A stretch of DNA of 64,000 nt, taken from the NCBI GenBank assembly GCA_958296135.2, contig CATQHZ020000001.1:4640001-4704000 (forward strand). Reading direction: 5' to 3'. The stretch comes from an uncultured Poribacteria bacterium (GTDB lineage Bacteria; Poribacteria; WGA-4E; WGA-3G). Made by a program: the position numbers and the translations under genes. The number at the start of each line of letters is the position of its first letter. The first letter of the stretch is position 1. The notes below the pieces were generated by a model. The model was given only the letters and a program-made list of their open reading frames with translations. It did not search any database and was not told where the DNA came from. Of this stretch, positions 19,210-28,640 are shown piece after piece.

Positions 19210-20211
19210 ATGAAAGCAATCATCAAAACAGGCGATGGCGGCCCCGAAGTCCTGCAACTCGGCGACGCGCCAACGCCGCAGCCAACAGCAAACCAACTCC
19301 TCGTTGATGTCCACGTCACCGCGCTGAACCGCGCTGACACGATTCAACGGCGTGGCGGCTACCCGCCGCCACCCGGTGAATCCGAGATACTCGGTTTAGA
19401 AATTGCCGGCACTGTGTCCGACATGGGCAGTGCAGTCACCGGATGGCAGGAAGGCGACAGGGTTTTCGGGCTCATCGGCGGTGGAGGATATGCCGAGCAA
19501 GCTGTCATCGATTATCGTATGGCGATGCGTATGCCAGACGGCTGGAGTTTTGAAAAAGCCGCCGCTGTCCCCGAAGTCTTTTTCACCGCCAACGAGAACA
19601 TCTTCACCCTCGGTAGGCTATCTGCTGGGGAGACGATACTTATCCATGCTGGGGGCAGTGGTGTCGGCAGTGCAGGCGTGCAAATCGCACATCGTGCGGG
19701 CGCGCAGGTCTTCGTCACCGCAGGCACGGCGGCAAAGACCGCGGGGTGCGAAAAACTCGGTGCCACGGCGGGCATCAATTACAAAAACGCCGATTTCGTC
19801 GCCGAAATCCAGCGGTTGACAGCTGGCGAAGGTGTTGATGTCGTGCTAGACTTTATCGGCGCGCCTTATCTCGCACGCAACCTCTCTATCCTCAAAACGT
19901 GGGGGAGACTCCTGCAGGTAGGACTCATCGGCGGTTCAACGACAGAAATCGACTTAGGCACGGTGATGCGCAATCGTCTCAAAATCATCGGTTCGGTGAT
20001 GCGCCCACAAACGCTGACGGAGAAAATCGGTATCACGCGTCGGTTTGTCGAACGGTGGTTACCGGAATTGGAGGCCGGCACGCTGCAACCCGTGATTGAC
20101 ACTGTGTTCCCGCTGGCACAAGCACGTGAGGCACATGCATATATGGAGGCAAATCGCAATTTTGGCAAAATTCTTTTGAAAGTCCGCTCCGAAACGAATG
20201 CACCCCGGTAG
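19210..20211 (+). CDS. NAD(P)H:quinone oxidoreductase (PIG3/zeta-crystallin MDR family)
   Basis: Motifs LNRAD..QRRG.YPPP, GGGYAE, IHAGGSGVG, FGKI.L. Confidence 0.93.
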   Translation: MKAIIKTGDGGPEVLQLGDAPTPQPTANQLLVDVHVTALNRADTIQRRGGYPPPPGESEILGLEIAGTVSDMGSAVTGWQEGDRVFGLIGGGGYAEQAVIDYRMAMRMPDGWSFEKAAAVPEVFFTANENIFTLGRLSAGETILIHAGGSGVGSAGVQIAHRAGAQVFVTAGTAAKTAGCEKLGATAGINYKNADFVAEIQRLTAGEGVDVVLDFIGAPYLARNLSILKTWGRLLQVGLIGGSTTEIDLGTVMRNRLKIIGSVMRPQTLTEKIGITRRFVERWLPELEAGTLQPVIDTVFPLAQAREAHAYMEANRNFGKILLKVRSETNAPR

Positions 20212-20259
20212 GCGCGGTTTCAAACAGCACCTACGGGAATGGCAAAATGGTTATTGAGA

Positions 20260-20562
20260 TAATACCAAATTCATCACTGGAATTCGGCATCGCATGAAGA
20301 TTCAGTAAATAATCGGTTAATTCCGGCCGACAGGCGGATAGAGAAATCCGCCCTTACAGGCAGGTGCGATGGGCGCGTAGACATTGCAGGCGGCCCGGGA
20401 AAATTGCCCGATTTCATTCTGAAACTTCATCTGAGCCCGAACAGGCCAGATCCGGCGAATCTCCACCGTTACGCCTACATCACGCTTGATGGCGTGGTTT
20501 CCCCGCCTCACGCTATCGCACCGATGCCAGAGACGAGAGCAATCAACTTCATTTGGTATAAG
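20260..20562. mobile_element. MITE-like element with ATACCAAAT/ATTTGGTAT termini
   Basis: 9-bp TIR 20262-70/20551-59; right end and the CCGGCGAATCTCCACC motif are shared with 34184-34386. Confidence 0.6.
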
Positions 20563-20616
20563 GGGATGTTGTCTTCACAGTCACAGTTGAACCACCGCTA
20601 GGAACATCAAAAAATA
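20563..20616 (+). repeat. AAC-loop element, 3' half
   Basis: TGTCTTCACAGTCACAGTTGAACCACCGCTAGGAACATCAAAAAA closely matches the 31086-31180 copy. Confidence 0.7.
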
Positions 20617-20656
20617 AAGATTGAAGAATCTTTGGAGAAAAAGAAACTTATTGGGT

Positions 20657-23600
20657 ATGAAAAACATTTTTGTCTCCCTCTGTCTCATCCTTTTGTCAAT
20701 AAGCATCCCGAGGTCTGGGCAGGCACGCGTCACGCAAGTCACGACAACCGAAGGCATCACCCTGAATTTCGCCTTGCCTGAACTCGCGCAGGAAGATGTG
20801 ACATTCGGCAGTATCACTTACCAACAAGCGCAGTACGCGGATTGCGGTTTCATGACAGAACCGGGCAATCCCAAGGTGCCAGTCACGCGCGTGATGCTCG
20901 GTGTGCCACTCGACGTTGCAATCGTGGTGGGTAACGTGTCCGCATCGCCCGCGCGCACGGTTACTGGGGTGCGGCTCCCTCCCGTGCCCGTTCGCGGCGT
21001 GTGGCAGGAGACCGGGGGTGCTTACAGACAGCGTGAACCCTATCCCGCGTCGCCGCTTGCCCGCATTGTGCAGGATGGCATGCTTCGCAGTCAGCGCGTC
21101 GTCATCGTGGAACTCACACCGGTGCAGTATCTCCCACAAGCCCGGCAGCTGCGGACATATTCACAACTCACGGTGCATCTCCGTTTTCAAAGCCAGCCAA
21201 AAACGCAGCAGACAACAACGGCGTATCCAGACCTGGGAAGCAACCGTCACATCCCCGGACAACCTTTACCGAACGCATTGCACCAGACGAAAGAATCTGA
21301 GGCGTATGAACGCGCGTTGGCTCGACAACTGCTGAATGCCCGCGCCGCCGTTCCGTTTCGCGCGCCGCGGATGCAGGGACGGGCGGCAGCACCAGCAGGC
21401 ACCTCGGCTCTTCCCACCCGGCTCCGCTATAAACTCTCCATTGCCGATACGGGTGTCTATGGGTTAACCGGTGAGACGCTGCTGAGCACCTTCGGCATTG
21501 AACTCATCGGAGCAGACCCGGGCACGTTTCAGCTGTGGCACGGTACTCGCGAGGTGCCGCTTTTCATCAGCGGCGCGAGCGACGGTAGGTTCGACGCAGG
21601 CGATGCGCTCTTTTTCCTGGGAAAGCAGACGAAAAATCCCTACACGCCTTGGAACGTTTATTGGCTCACCGTCGAGCCGCGTGGGAAGCAGGCGCGCGTG
21701 CCACTCCGCAACGCCAGCCCCGGCGATGCCACCGCCACGCAAGTCCCCACTTTTCGCTCCACCGTTACCTTTGAGGAAGACAAACTGACGAGCAACCTAG
21801 AGTTTCTCAAGCCAGATGCAGTGACAGACGGCGATAAGCACGCGTGGTTCGATTCCCTCGACTTCTGGTATTGGGACGGTATCAAAAACGGCAGCGATAC
21901 CGGCGAGATGCGCCTTGAATTCCCACTCTACGATGTGGCGAAGAGCTTCGAGCCGCCCCACATTCGCGTCGATTTACAAGGCGGCACACCTGTCAACCAC
22001 GAGATTCTCGTCGCGATTAACGGCGTGCGCATCGACTTCGCCAAATGGGAACAGCAAGACACCCTCACCGTCCAGCGCACGCTCCGCGCATGGGACACCT
22101 TCAAAGACCAGGGCACCGGCACCCACAACGTCCTCTCCCTCGCCCGTGTCGACGATACGTTTGAAGAAGACACGAGACGCTACCCTTATCACGTCTACGT
22201 CAATCGGTTTGTAGTAGAATACACCCGCCTTTTCCACGCCGTTTATGACGAACTCACCTTTTCATCTAAAGGCGTTTCCGAGGAGAACGATGCGCGCACC
22301 GGCAGGAAATTGCAGTATAAAATCCAAAATTTTCGCCACCCGAGCGTGCATATCTTTGAGACAGACGGAGTGCATCTCACGGCGAAGATGGGCGGCGTGG
22401 CCATAGAAGCCACACCCCTCCGCGGCCAGGCACGTCAACGATGGAACAACATTTATCAAGAGACGCACAACGAACGTCTCGCGCCAATACAGAAAACTTA
22501 CACCGCCACCTTTCAGGTGCCCGATACGCCGCAACGTCAGTTCATCGCCATCTCCGAAGACGCGTTACGTCTCCCCACGCGGATAGAAATAGTGCAACCG
22601 AGCAACTTACTGTCCACCGCACACGGTGCCGATTACATTGTCGTCGCGCATGCTACCTTCCAACAGACTGCCCAAAGACTCGCAGACTGGCGCGCGCAAC
22701 CGGCAGGCGGCGGCTACCGAACCAAAGTCGTCACCACCGACGACATTTACAATACCTTCGGCGACGGCAGCGTGCATCCAAAGGCGATAAAAGCGTTCCT
22801 TACGCACGCCTATCACCACTGGACACCGCCCGCGCCAACCTACGTCGTCCTCCTTGGGGATGGAACGTTCGATTTCCGCGGCATCAATACCGAACTCTAT
22901 CCCGAACCGCCGGAACAGATGGGCTACATCCCGACGCACTACATCCACACGGATGCATTCGGGCGAACCGCGGCAGACCACTGGTATGCCACCCTCTCCG
23001 GCCACGATGAATTCACCGATGTTTACCTCGGCCGGATGACTGTGGAAAACACCCGTGAGGCAGATGCCGTTGTCGACAAAATCATCGCCTACGAGCAACG
23101 TCGGCCGAACGGGGCCTGGCGCCGGCGCATCATCTCTGTCGCCGACGATGAAGTCAGCAACTCCGGTGACTTTATCTTCAAAAAGAGCCTCAATGAAATC
23201 GCCAAAAACCACACGCTCCTCGGCTACCAAACCGTAGAGGTGTTTCTAGAAGATGTCATCGACGAGGTAGAGGCACGGCCGGCAGAATTCCCCAACCTGC
23301 TCCCGCAGCGCGTCGCCAAAAACCGCATCATTGACGCACTCAGCGAAGGGGCCATCATCGCACAATACGCCGGACACGGCGGACGCGTCGTCTGGGCACA
23401 CGAAGCGATTTTTGATAACGTCTCCATTGATAAACTTGACGAGACACCGCATACCCCCTTTATGCTCGTGCTGAGCTGCTATAACGGCTATTTTGATGAG
23501 CCGGGTGAGCCAAGCATGGCAGAGAAACTCCTGCGTAAAGAGCGGGGCGGCATCATCGGCATGCTGAGCGCGACGCGACTCACCTACGCCGGCGGAAACG

Positions 23601-26600
23601 ATGCACTCAACCGCATCATCTTCAACATGATTTTTAAACGGAACGTGCGGCAACTCGGGCCGCTCAGCTTCGATTCCAAAGTGGAACTGCTCCTGACAGA
23701 AGGCACAGGCCAAATCGATGTGATGATGGAATACACCCTCTTCGGCGACCCGGCCTTACAGATTGCGACACCCGCCTATGAAATTCGCCCGAAGATCGAG
23801 ACGAAAACGGTCGCGCCCGGCGACACCCTGCAGGTTGCCCCGGGGACTATCGAAAGCGTGCAGTATGACGCGGCCTCCCAGACGAAACGCTTCGCTCCGC
23901 ATACCGGGTTTGACGGCACGCTCACCGTCACCGCACTCTTCCCCGGCAAGACAGCAATTGGACAAGGAACCGCCGGTCCGGTGGAATACTACCCCGGCGA
24001 TGTGGTTGTCACACAAACGTTGCCGGTTAAAGCCGGTGCCTTCCCCGGCGTGAACATCGCTGTCCCCCGGAACATCGCCGCTGGCGACGCGCACGTGGAA
24101 TACTATGCCGAGAACGCCGAAGCACTCGCGGTTGGCGGCGATGGATTCACCGTCAACGTGCCAAAAATTCTCGACATCGCCCCCGAATTGGTAGATACCG
24201 AAACGTTCCGCGTCTCCGTTCAAGTATCTGATGACGAAACGCAACTCGCCGCTGTTGTTTTGGAATGGCGAAATCCGAAAACGCGGCTGTGGGAAGAGGT
24301 GGCACTCACACCACGGGAAAACGAAGAGGGATGGTGGACAGTGCCAGAGCCGCTCCCTGCGCCGACAGATGGCACGGCCATCCGCTACGAAATTCGGGTG
24401 ACAGATACCGACGACAACACCGTCACGACAGACATTTTGCGCTATTACCCGTATCGCACGCCGAACCTCTCGGTAGTACCCGCGTCCGGTAAAGATGTCG
24501 TGCGGTATGGATACGACAGCGTCACGCAGCAGTGGCACCTCTCCGCCGATGTGCAGTGCGAAGGCGATACGCCGTCCACCCCAATCACCGTCGTTTTCTT
24601 CCGCGGCACCCCGGATAAAGACGAAGATTCGCAAATTGATGCAGACGCAGTGCCACTCGGAACAGCCCGCATTGCCCCATCGGATTGGGTGCAGCGCTCT
24701 CCGCTGGGACGTGGGCTAACCCGCGGCGAAGTCTACTCGGAAGATGTGCTCAATATACATCCGATTGCAACCGCGACGCTTGCCCACGAACTTCCCTTCG
24801 GCACACACGACATCTTTGTCGGTGTTGATAGCACCGCGACAGTTCAAGAGAACGACGAGGAAGACAATATCGGCTATCGCCGGATTCCCGCGGATACAGG
24901 ACTCATCGGGCCGCAGTCGGTGCAGATTCGGAGCCTTGATGGGAACGGCCGCCTCACCGCGCCACCCAACGCCCTTGAAACACCCACAGTCGTCGCATTG
25001 AGGCCCATAAACGATGACAGTGCCGTTAAGCAAGGGCTGTTTATAGGGAGGTTACCGCTCCCCGGCGGTGCCATTGCCTACGATATCGTGACAGAACCAG
25101 CAAATAACACAAAGAACGGAGGCATCGACAACATCGATGACAGCTCTACAGGCAGGGACATGACTGCACGAACAACCGTTATCGAACGCCTTGCGCCAGG
25201 ACAAAAAATGACAATTGACCTGGGGTTAGACATGGCGGCACTCCAGCAACAATTAACCAGAGAACTGTTAGGCGGCGAAGAAGCACCACAGGACGGACAG
25301 GAACTTATGCTCGCGACACATTCTGTAGCGGAAGCCGTCGTCACGCGCGCACGCGAAACGGGTGTCTATCTGTGGCACACAGAACTCGGAAAACACTGGA
25401 CGCGACTTGAATCGGTGCCCCTAACCGATGCATCCGGAAATCTCATCGAACGGATGCAGGTGACAGATGTGTCTGAAACGAATACCGGTGAAGGCGGTGT
25501 GCGCGATGTCCGCATCCACCCCGATGGCGCTCGCGTAGGGAAATGGGTGCTCTTTTTTACCGGACCGCGCACTTATCGCGTGCTGCTAGCACCGACAGAC
25601 AGCAAAGTCCCTGCAGACGAGAGTCCCAGTTCCCTGCAGTTGCCGCCAGTAGAAACAGTTGCGACATCGCGTCCCCTCACCCCCTTTAATCCCGCGTATC
25701 TCAACTTCACAGACGGACTCTCGCTGCACATTGAATCCGATGCCGCAAAGCCGTTCGCCTTCGGCGATACCTTGACGTTCCGCATCACGCAACTAGACGA
25801 CTCAGACGCGGGCGGCCGCGATGCAACGAATCCTACCTCCCGGTGGTACGCCTCCTCCTTCCGGCATAGCAATGAAGGGAGCGGCACGGTGAGCTACATT
25901 CATCTTGAACCCAACGCAACGATAGGAGCAGAACGGTGGGTGCTCTTTTTCGTCTCAGCAAGCAAGTTCCAGATTGAAGGCGAACAACACGGGCTGTTGC
26001 GCGGTGAAGACGGCGCGCCACTCCGAGGCACGAGCGGTGTGCCGTTTGAATCCCCCAATGGGCTCAGCCTCTTACTGACAGAGGGGCAACGTCCCTTTAC
26101 CGCTGGCGATACGTTCCGTTTTGAAACCCGCAGCGTCGCAACGATTCGCGCAACAACAGCGTTCCTCGGTCCCGTGACGCTTTTGCACAGCGACGACACC
26201 GTGCCACCGGATATCCAACTAACTCTCACGTCGCAGCAGCACTTCGTAACAGGCGATGCGACAGATGCAGCACCACTCATCGGCGCGACGTTGACAGACG
26301 CAAGCGGCGTGGATTTCGTGACACGCCCAGTGACGCTGGCACTCGGCGATGCCGCCGGCACATATCAACCGATTGCTACCGATGCATATCAACTGACGCA
26401 TGCACAGGGCTCAAACCAACTCATTTTGACATATCCATCGCCAGCACTGCAGCCGGGCGAATACGCCATTCGGCTGACAGCGAGCGATGTGCATGGAAAC
26501 ACTGCGGATGCGCGCATCGATTTTCATGTCTACGGCACGGTGCAGCTGGTCTCCTTTCTGAACTACCCCAACCCGTTCGCGCGAGAGACAACCCTGTGTT

Positions 26601-26833
26601 GTGAACTGACAGCACCGGCGGATGAACTCGAAGTAAAAATCTATACGTTGAGCGGAAGGCTTATCCGCACCCTGGAGACGTTGCCGACAGCCGGATTTAT
26701 CATGCTTGACTGGGATGGCAGGGATGCTGAGGGTGTCGAAGTCGCCAACGGTGTCTACTTCGCGAAGATTCGGATTGCGCGCGAAGGCGAAAAAGAGATT
26801 ACCGACATTTTGAAGATGATGAAACTAAAATAA
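20657..26833 (+). CDS. Peptidase C25 (gingipain/PorU-like) with propeptide and C-terminal FlgD-Ig/T9SS-CTD-like domain
   Basis: Propeptide (G.P.VP), YVVLLGDG, catalytic GHGG and SCYNG, YTLFGDPAL; C-terminal NYPNPF..IYTLSGRLI..WDGRD..NGVYF. Confidence 0.9.
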   Translation: MKNIFVSLCLILLSISIPRSGQARVTQVTTTEGITLNFALPELAQEDVTFGSITYQQAQYADCGFMTEPGNPKVPVTRVMLGVPLDVAIVVGNVSASPARTVTGVRLPPVPVRGVWQETGGAYRQREPYPASPLARIVQDGMLRSQRVVIVELTPVQYLPQARQLRTYSQLTVHLRFQSQPKTQQTTTAYPDLGSNRHIPGQPLPNALHQTKESEAYERALARQLLNARAAVPFRAPRMQGRAAAPAGTSALPTRLRYKLSIADTGVYGLTGETLLSTFGIELIGADPGTFQLWHGTREVPLFISGASDGRFDAGDALFFLGKQTKNPYTPWNVYWLTVEPRGKQARVPLRNASPGDATATQVPTFRSTVTFEEDKLTSNLEFLKPDAVTDGDKHAWFDSLDFWYWDGIKNGSDTGEMRLEFPLYDVAKSFEPPHIRVDLQGGTPVNHEILVAINGVRIDFAKWEQQDTLTVQRTLRAWDTFKDQGTGTHNVLSLARVDDTFEEDTRRYPYHVYVNRFVVEYTRLFHAVYDELTFSSKGVSEENDARTGRKLQYKIQNFRHPSVHIFETDGVHLTAKMGGVAIEATPLRGQARQRWNNIYQETHNERLAPIQKTYTATFQVPDTPQRQFIAISEDALRLPTRIEIVQPSNLLSTAHGADYIVVAHATFQQTAQRLADWRAQPAGGGYRTKVVTTDDIYNTFGDGSVHPKAIKAFLTHAYHHWTPPAPTYVVLLGDGTFDFRGINTELYPEPPEQMGYIPTHYIHTDAFGRTAADHWYATLSGHDEFTDVYLGRMTVENTREADAVVDKIIAYEQRRPNGAWRRRIISVADDEVSNSGDFIFKKSLNEIAKNHTLLGYQTVEVFLEDVIDEVEARPAEFPNLLPQRVAKNRIIDALSEGAIIAQYAGHGGRVVWAHEAIFDNVSIDKLDETPHTPFMLVLSCYNGYFDEPGEPSMAEKLLRKERGGIIGMLSATRLTYAGGNDALNRIIFNMIFKRNVRQLGPLSFDSKVELLLTEGTGQIDVMMEYTLFGDPALQIATPAYEIRPKIETKTVAPGDTLQVAPGTIESVQYDAASQTKRFAPHTGFDGTLTVTALFPGKTAIGQGTAGPVEYYPGDVVVTQTLPVKAGAFPGVNIAVPRNIAAGDAHVEYYAENAEALAVGGDGFTVNVPKILDIAPELVDTETFRVSVQVSDDETQLAAVVLEWRNPKTRLWEEVALTPRENEEGWWTVPEPLPAPTDGTAIRYEIRVTDTDDNTVTTDILRYYPYRTPNLSVVPASGKDVVRYGYDSVTQQWHLSADVQCEGDTPSTPITVVFFRGTPDKDEDSQIDADAVPLGTARIAPSDWVQRSPLGRGLTRGEVYSEDVLNIHPIATATLAHELPFGTHDIFVGVDSTATVQENDEEDNIGYRRIPADTGLIGPQSVQIRSLDGNGRLTAPPNALETPTVVALRPINDDSAVKQGLFIGRLPLPGGAIAYDIVTEPANNTKNGGIDNIDDSSTGRDMTARTTVIERLAPGQKMTIDLGLDMAALQQQLTRELLGGEEAPQDGQELMLATHSVAEAVVTRARETGVYLWHTELGKHWTRLESVPLTDASGNLIERMQVTDVSETNTGEGGVRDVRIHPDGARVGKWVLFFTGPRTYRVLLAPTDSKVPADESPSSLQLPPVETVATSRPLTPFNPAYLNFTDGLSLHIESDAAKPFAFGDTLTFRITQLDDSDAGGRDATNPTSRWYASSFRHSNEGSGTVSYIHLEPNATIGAERWVLFFVSASKFQIEGEQHGLLRGEDGAPLRGTSGVPFESPNGLSLLLTEGQRPFTAGDTFRFETRSVATIRATTAFLGPVTLLHSDDTVPPDIQLTLTSQQHFVTGDATDAAPLIGATLTDASGVDFVTRPVTLALGDAAGTYQPIATDAYQLTHAQGSNQLILTYPSPALQPGEYAIRLTASDVHGNTADARIDFHVYGTVQLVSFLNYPNPFARETTLCCELTAPADELEVKIYTLSGRLIRTLETLPTAGFIMLDWDGRDAEGVEVANGVYFAKIRIAREGEKEITDILKMMKLK

Positions 26834-26925
26834 TTTCGTACTGGCGCAAAGCGTTCGGATACGGCGGTTGGTGCAATAACATGCCTTGACGTAACCCGTC
26901 ATCGACGTTGGCCATGACTACGTCC
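26834..26925 (-). repeat. AAC-loop element, decayed and not upstream of a co-oriented gene
   Basis: GTA-GTCATGGCC-AAC-GTCGATGAC (2 mismatches) ... CCGAACGCTTTGCG. Confidence 0.6.
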
Positions 26926-27010
26926 TTCATGCTATTTAAATATAGGTTGGGCCCGCCTGAGCCCAACTGCAATGTTTATAGCACTGAAAACGCACGGAGA
27001 AGTAGTATTT

Positions 27011-28030
27011 ATGCAGAAAACGTTCATTTCCCAGGGCGCATTGACGTTGTCAAGTTTTGTATTCTTGTTGATAACGCTTGTGTGCGCGGGCACAGTGCAG
27101 GCGAAATACACCGCGGATTTCTTGAGTCTCGGTGTGGGCGCGCGTGCGTTAGGCATGGGCGGCACCGGCACAGCGACAACAAACAACGCAGCCGCTATCT
27201 ATTGGAATCCGGCAGGCATGGGACATCAGTATGCCCTCCATGAAGTCAGCATGATGCGTTCAACGCTGAGCGGCTTGGCGGCGTATACGTTCGTGAGTTA
27301 CAACCATCCGGTCAGCGATACAAGCGCGCTCGGCATCAGTTGGCTTCGTGTCGGCGTAGACGCTATCCCGATTACGGGGCTTTCAGTAGCAAGCAAACCC
27401 GTCGGGCCGACGAACCGGCCGAAGGTTATCGGCACGTTCAGCACCACGCAGAACGCGGTGTTGCTTGCCGGTGGGTGGAAACTTCCATCGCTATCGCGAT
27501 TCTCCTTCCGGCTCGGTGGCACGCTGAAACTGCTCTATATCGACAGTTATCGGAATACAAACGCTATCGGGGGCGGCGGGGATATCGGTTTCCTGATGAC
27601 GTATCGGCAGCGGGTTACCCTCGGTATTCGAGCGTCTGACATTTTCACGACGAAGTTGTATTGGAACACGCCGCCGGCGACAGCAGGTGAAACGCCGCAC
27701 ACGGAGACGCTTTTGCCGCACGTCACCTTCGGCATTGCGGCAACGCAGCCACTCCCGTTTCTGGACAGCAGATTGACGCTGGCGTGCGATGTCTACACAC
27801 AGCACGGCCCTGAACTTCACGCGGGTGCTGAACTGACGCTCTTTGAACTGCTTGCATTGCGCATCGGGATGGACGGACGTAACGGCATTGAGCGATGGAT
27901 GCAAGTCACAGCGGGTGTCGGTTTGCAGCTGCGGTTTGTGACAGGTGCCGCCGCCGCGGTGGATTATGCGTGGACGAACCACGCCGCACTCGGTGGCAGC
28001 CATCGCATGGGATTTCGGATGGGATTTTAA
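27011..28030 (+). CDS. PorV/PorQ-family (FadL-like) outer-membrane beta-barrel
   Basis: Motif FL.LGVGARALGMG...A.YWNPAG; C-terminal DYA..H..LG.SH and terminal Phe. Confidence 0.88.
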   Translation: MQKTFISQGALTLSSFVFLLITLVCAGTVQAKYTADFLSLGVGARALGMGGTGTATTNNAAAIYWNPAGMGHQYALHEVSMMRSTLSGLAAYTFVSYNHPVSDTSALGISWLRVGVDAIPITGLSVASKPVGPTNRPKVIGTFSTTQNAVLLAGGWKLPSLSRFSFRLGGTLKLLYIDSYRNTNAIGGGGDIGFLMTYRQRVTLGIRASDIFTTKLYWNTPPATAGETPHTETLLPHVTFGIAATQPLPFLDSRLTLACDVYTQHGPELHAGAELTLFELLALRIGMDGRNGIERWMQVTAGVGLQLRFVTGAAAAVDYAWTNHAALGGSHRMGFRMGF

Positions 28031-28055
28031 TATGTCGCGAGGCGTGACTTGCACA

Positions 28056-28295
28056 ATGACACTTCATGACGCAATGGCCGCGGGGCACATCTCTCTCAAA
28101 ATCGGAACAGACTGGCTCGCGGCGCAGAGGATGGCACGGCTAGCGGTGCATTGTGCCGATTGTGCAGGGCCCGTTGTCCTCTCGTTACCGTGGATGCTGA
28201 TTTCGGTGAGTTTTTCGGGGGGAGTGTTTTCGGGGTTTACCCAGCGATGCGCCCGGCACGACTCTCGCCGATAGAGGCACTCCAAACCGAGACAC
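28056..28295 (+). pseudogene. Internally deleted, frameshifted FtsX/MacB permease remnant
   Basis: N-terminal-like MTLHDAMAAG joined to C-terminal GVYPAMRPARLSPIEAL in another frame. Confidence 0.65.
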
Positions 28296-28508
28296 TTCGA
28301 TTTTTGCGCAGTGTCAGTTGCAAAGCCAACTGACACATCTTCGGCGAGTTTGGAAACCTTCGCAAACTCGCCTACGCAAAAATCGGCAAAGGAGAACCTA
28401 TTGAAACTTTACACCACCTGTTTTCACGTTTTTCTCAGGCTCATCTCTCTCACCGTAGGGCGGGGGCCTGTCCCCCGCCTTACAGGGACGCGGGAGGTGT
28501 GCTGCGTC

Positions 28509-28589
28509 CGTAGCACGAGGGACAGTGGACATCTCTGCAGCGGGACTGCAGAGATGACAAAGTTTCGGCGTGACGGCCCTCGCGCTACG
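28509..28589 (-). repeat. 81-bp REPIN-like element
   Basis: Terminal IR CGTAGC(A/G)CGAGGG; internal TCTCTGCAG..CTGCAGAGA hairpin; homologues at 19119, 41113, 49523 and 63470. Confidence 0.8.
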
Positions 28590-28640
28590 TTCCAAAGGAT
28601 GGTTCTCCCGGTGACGTAGATGCGCGCTCACAACGCGCGC

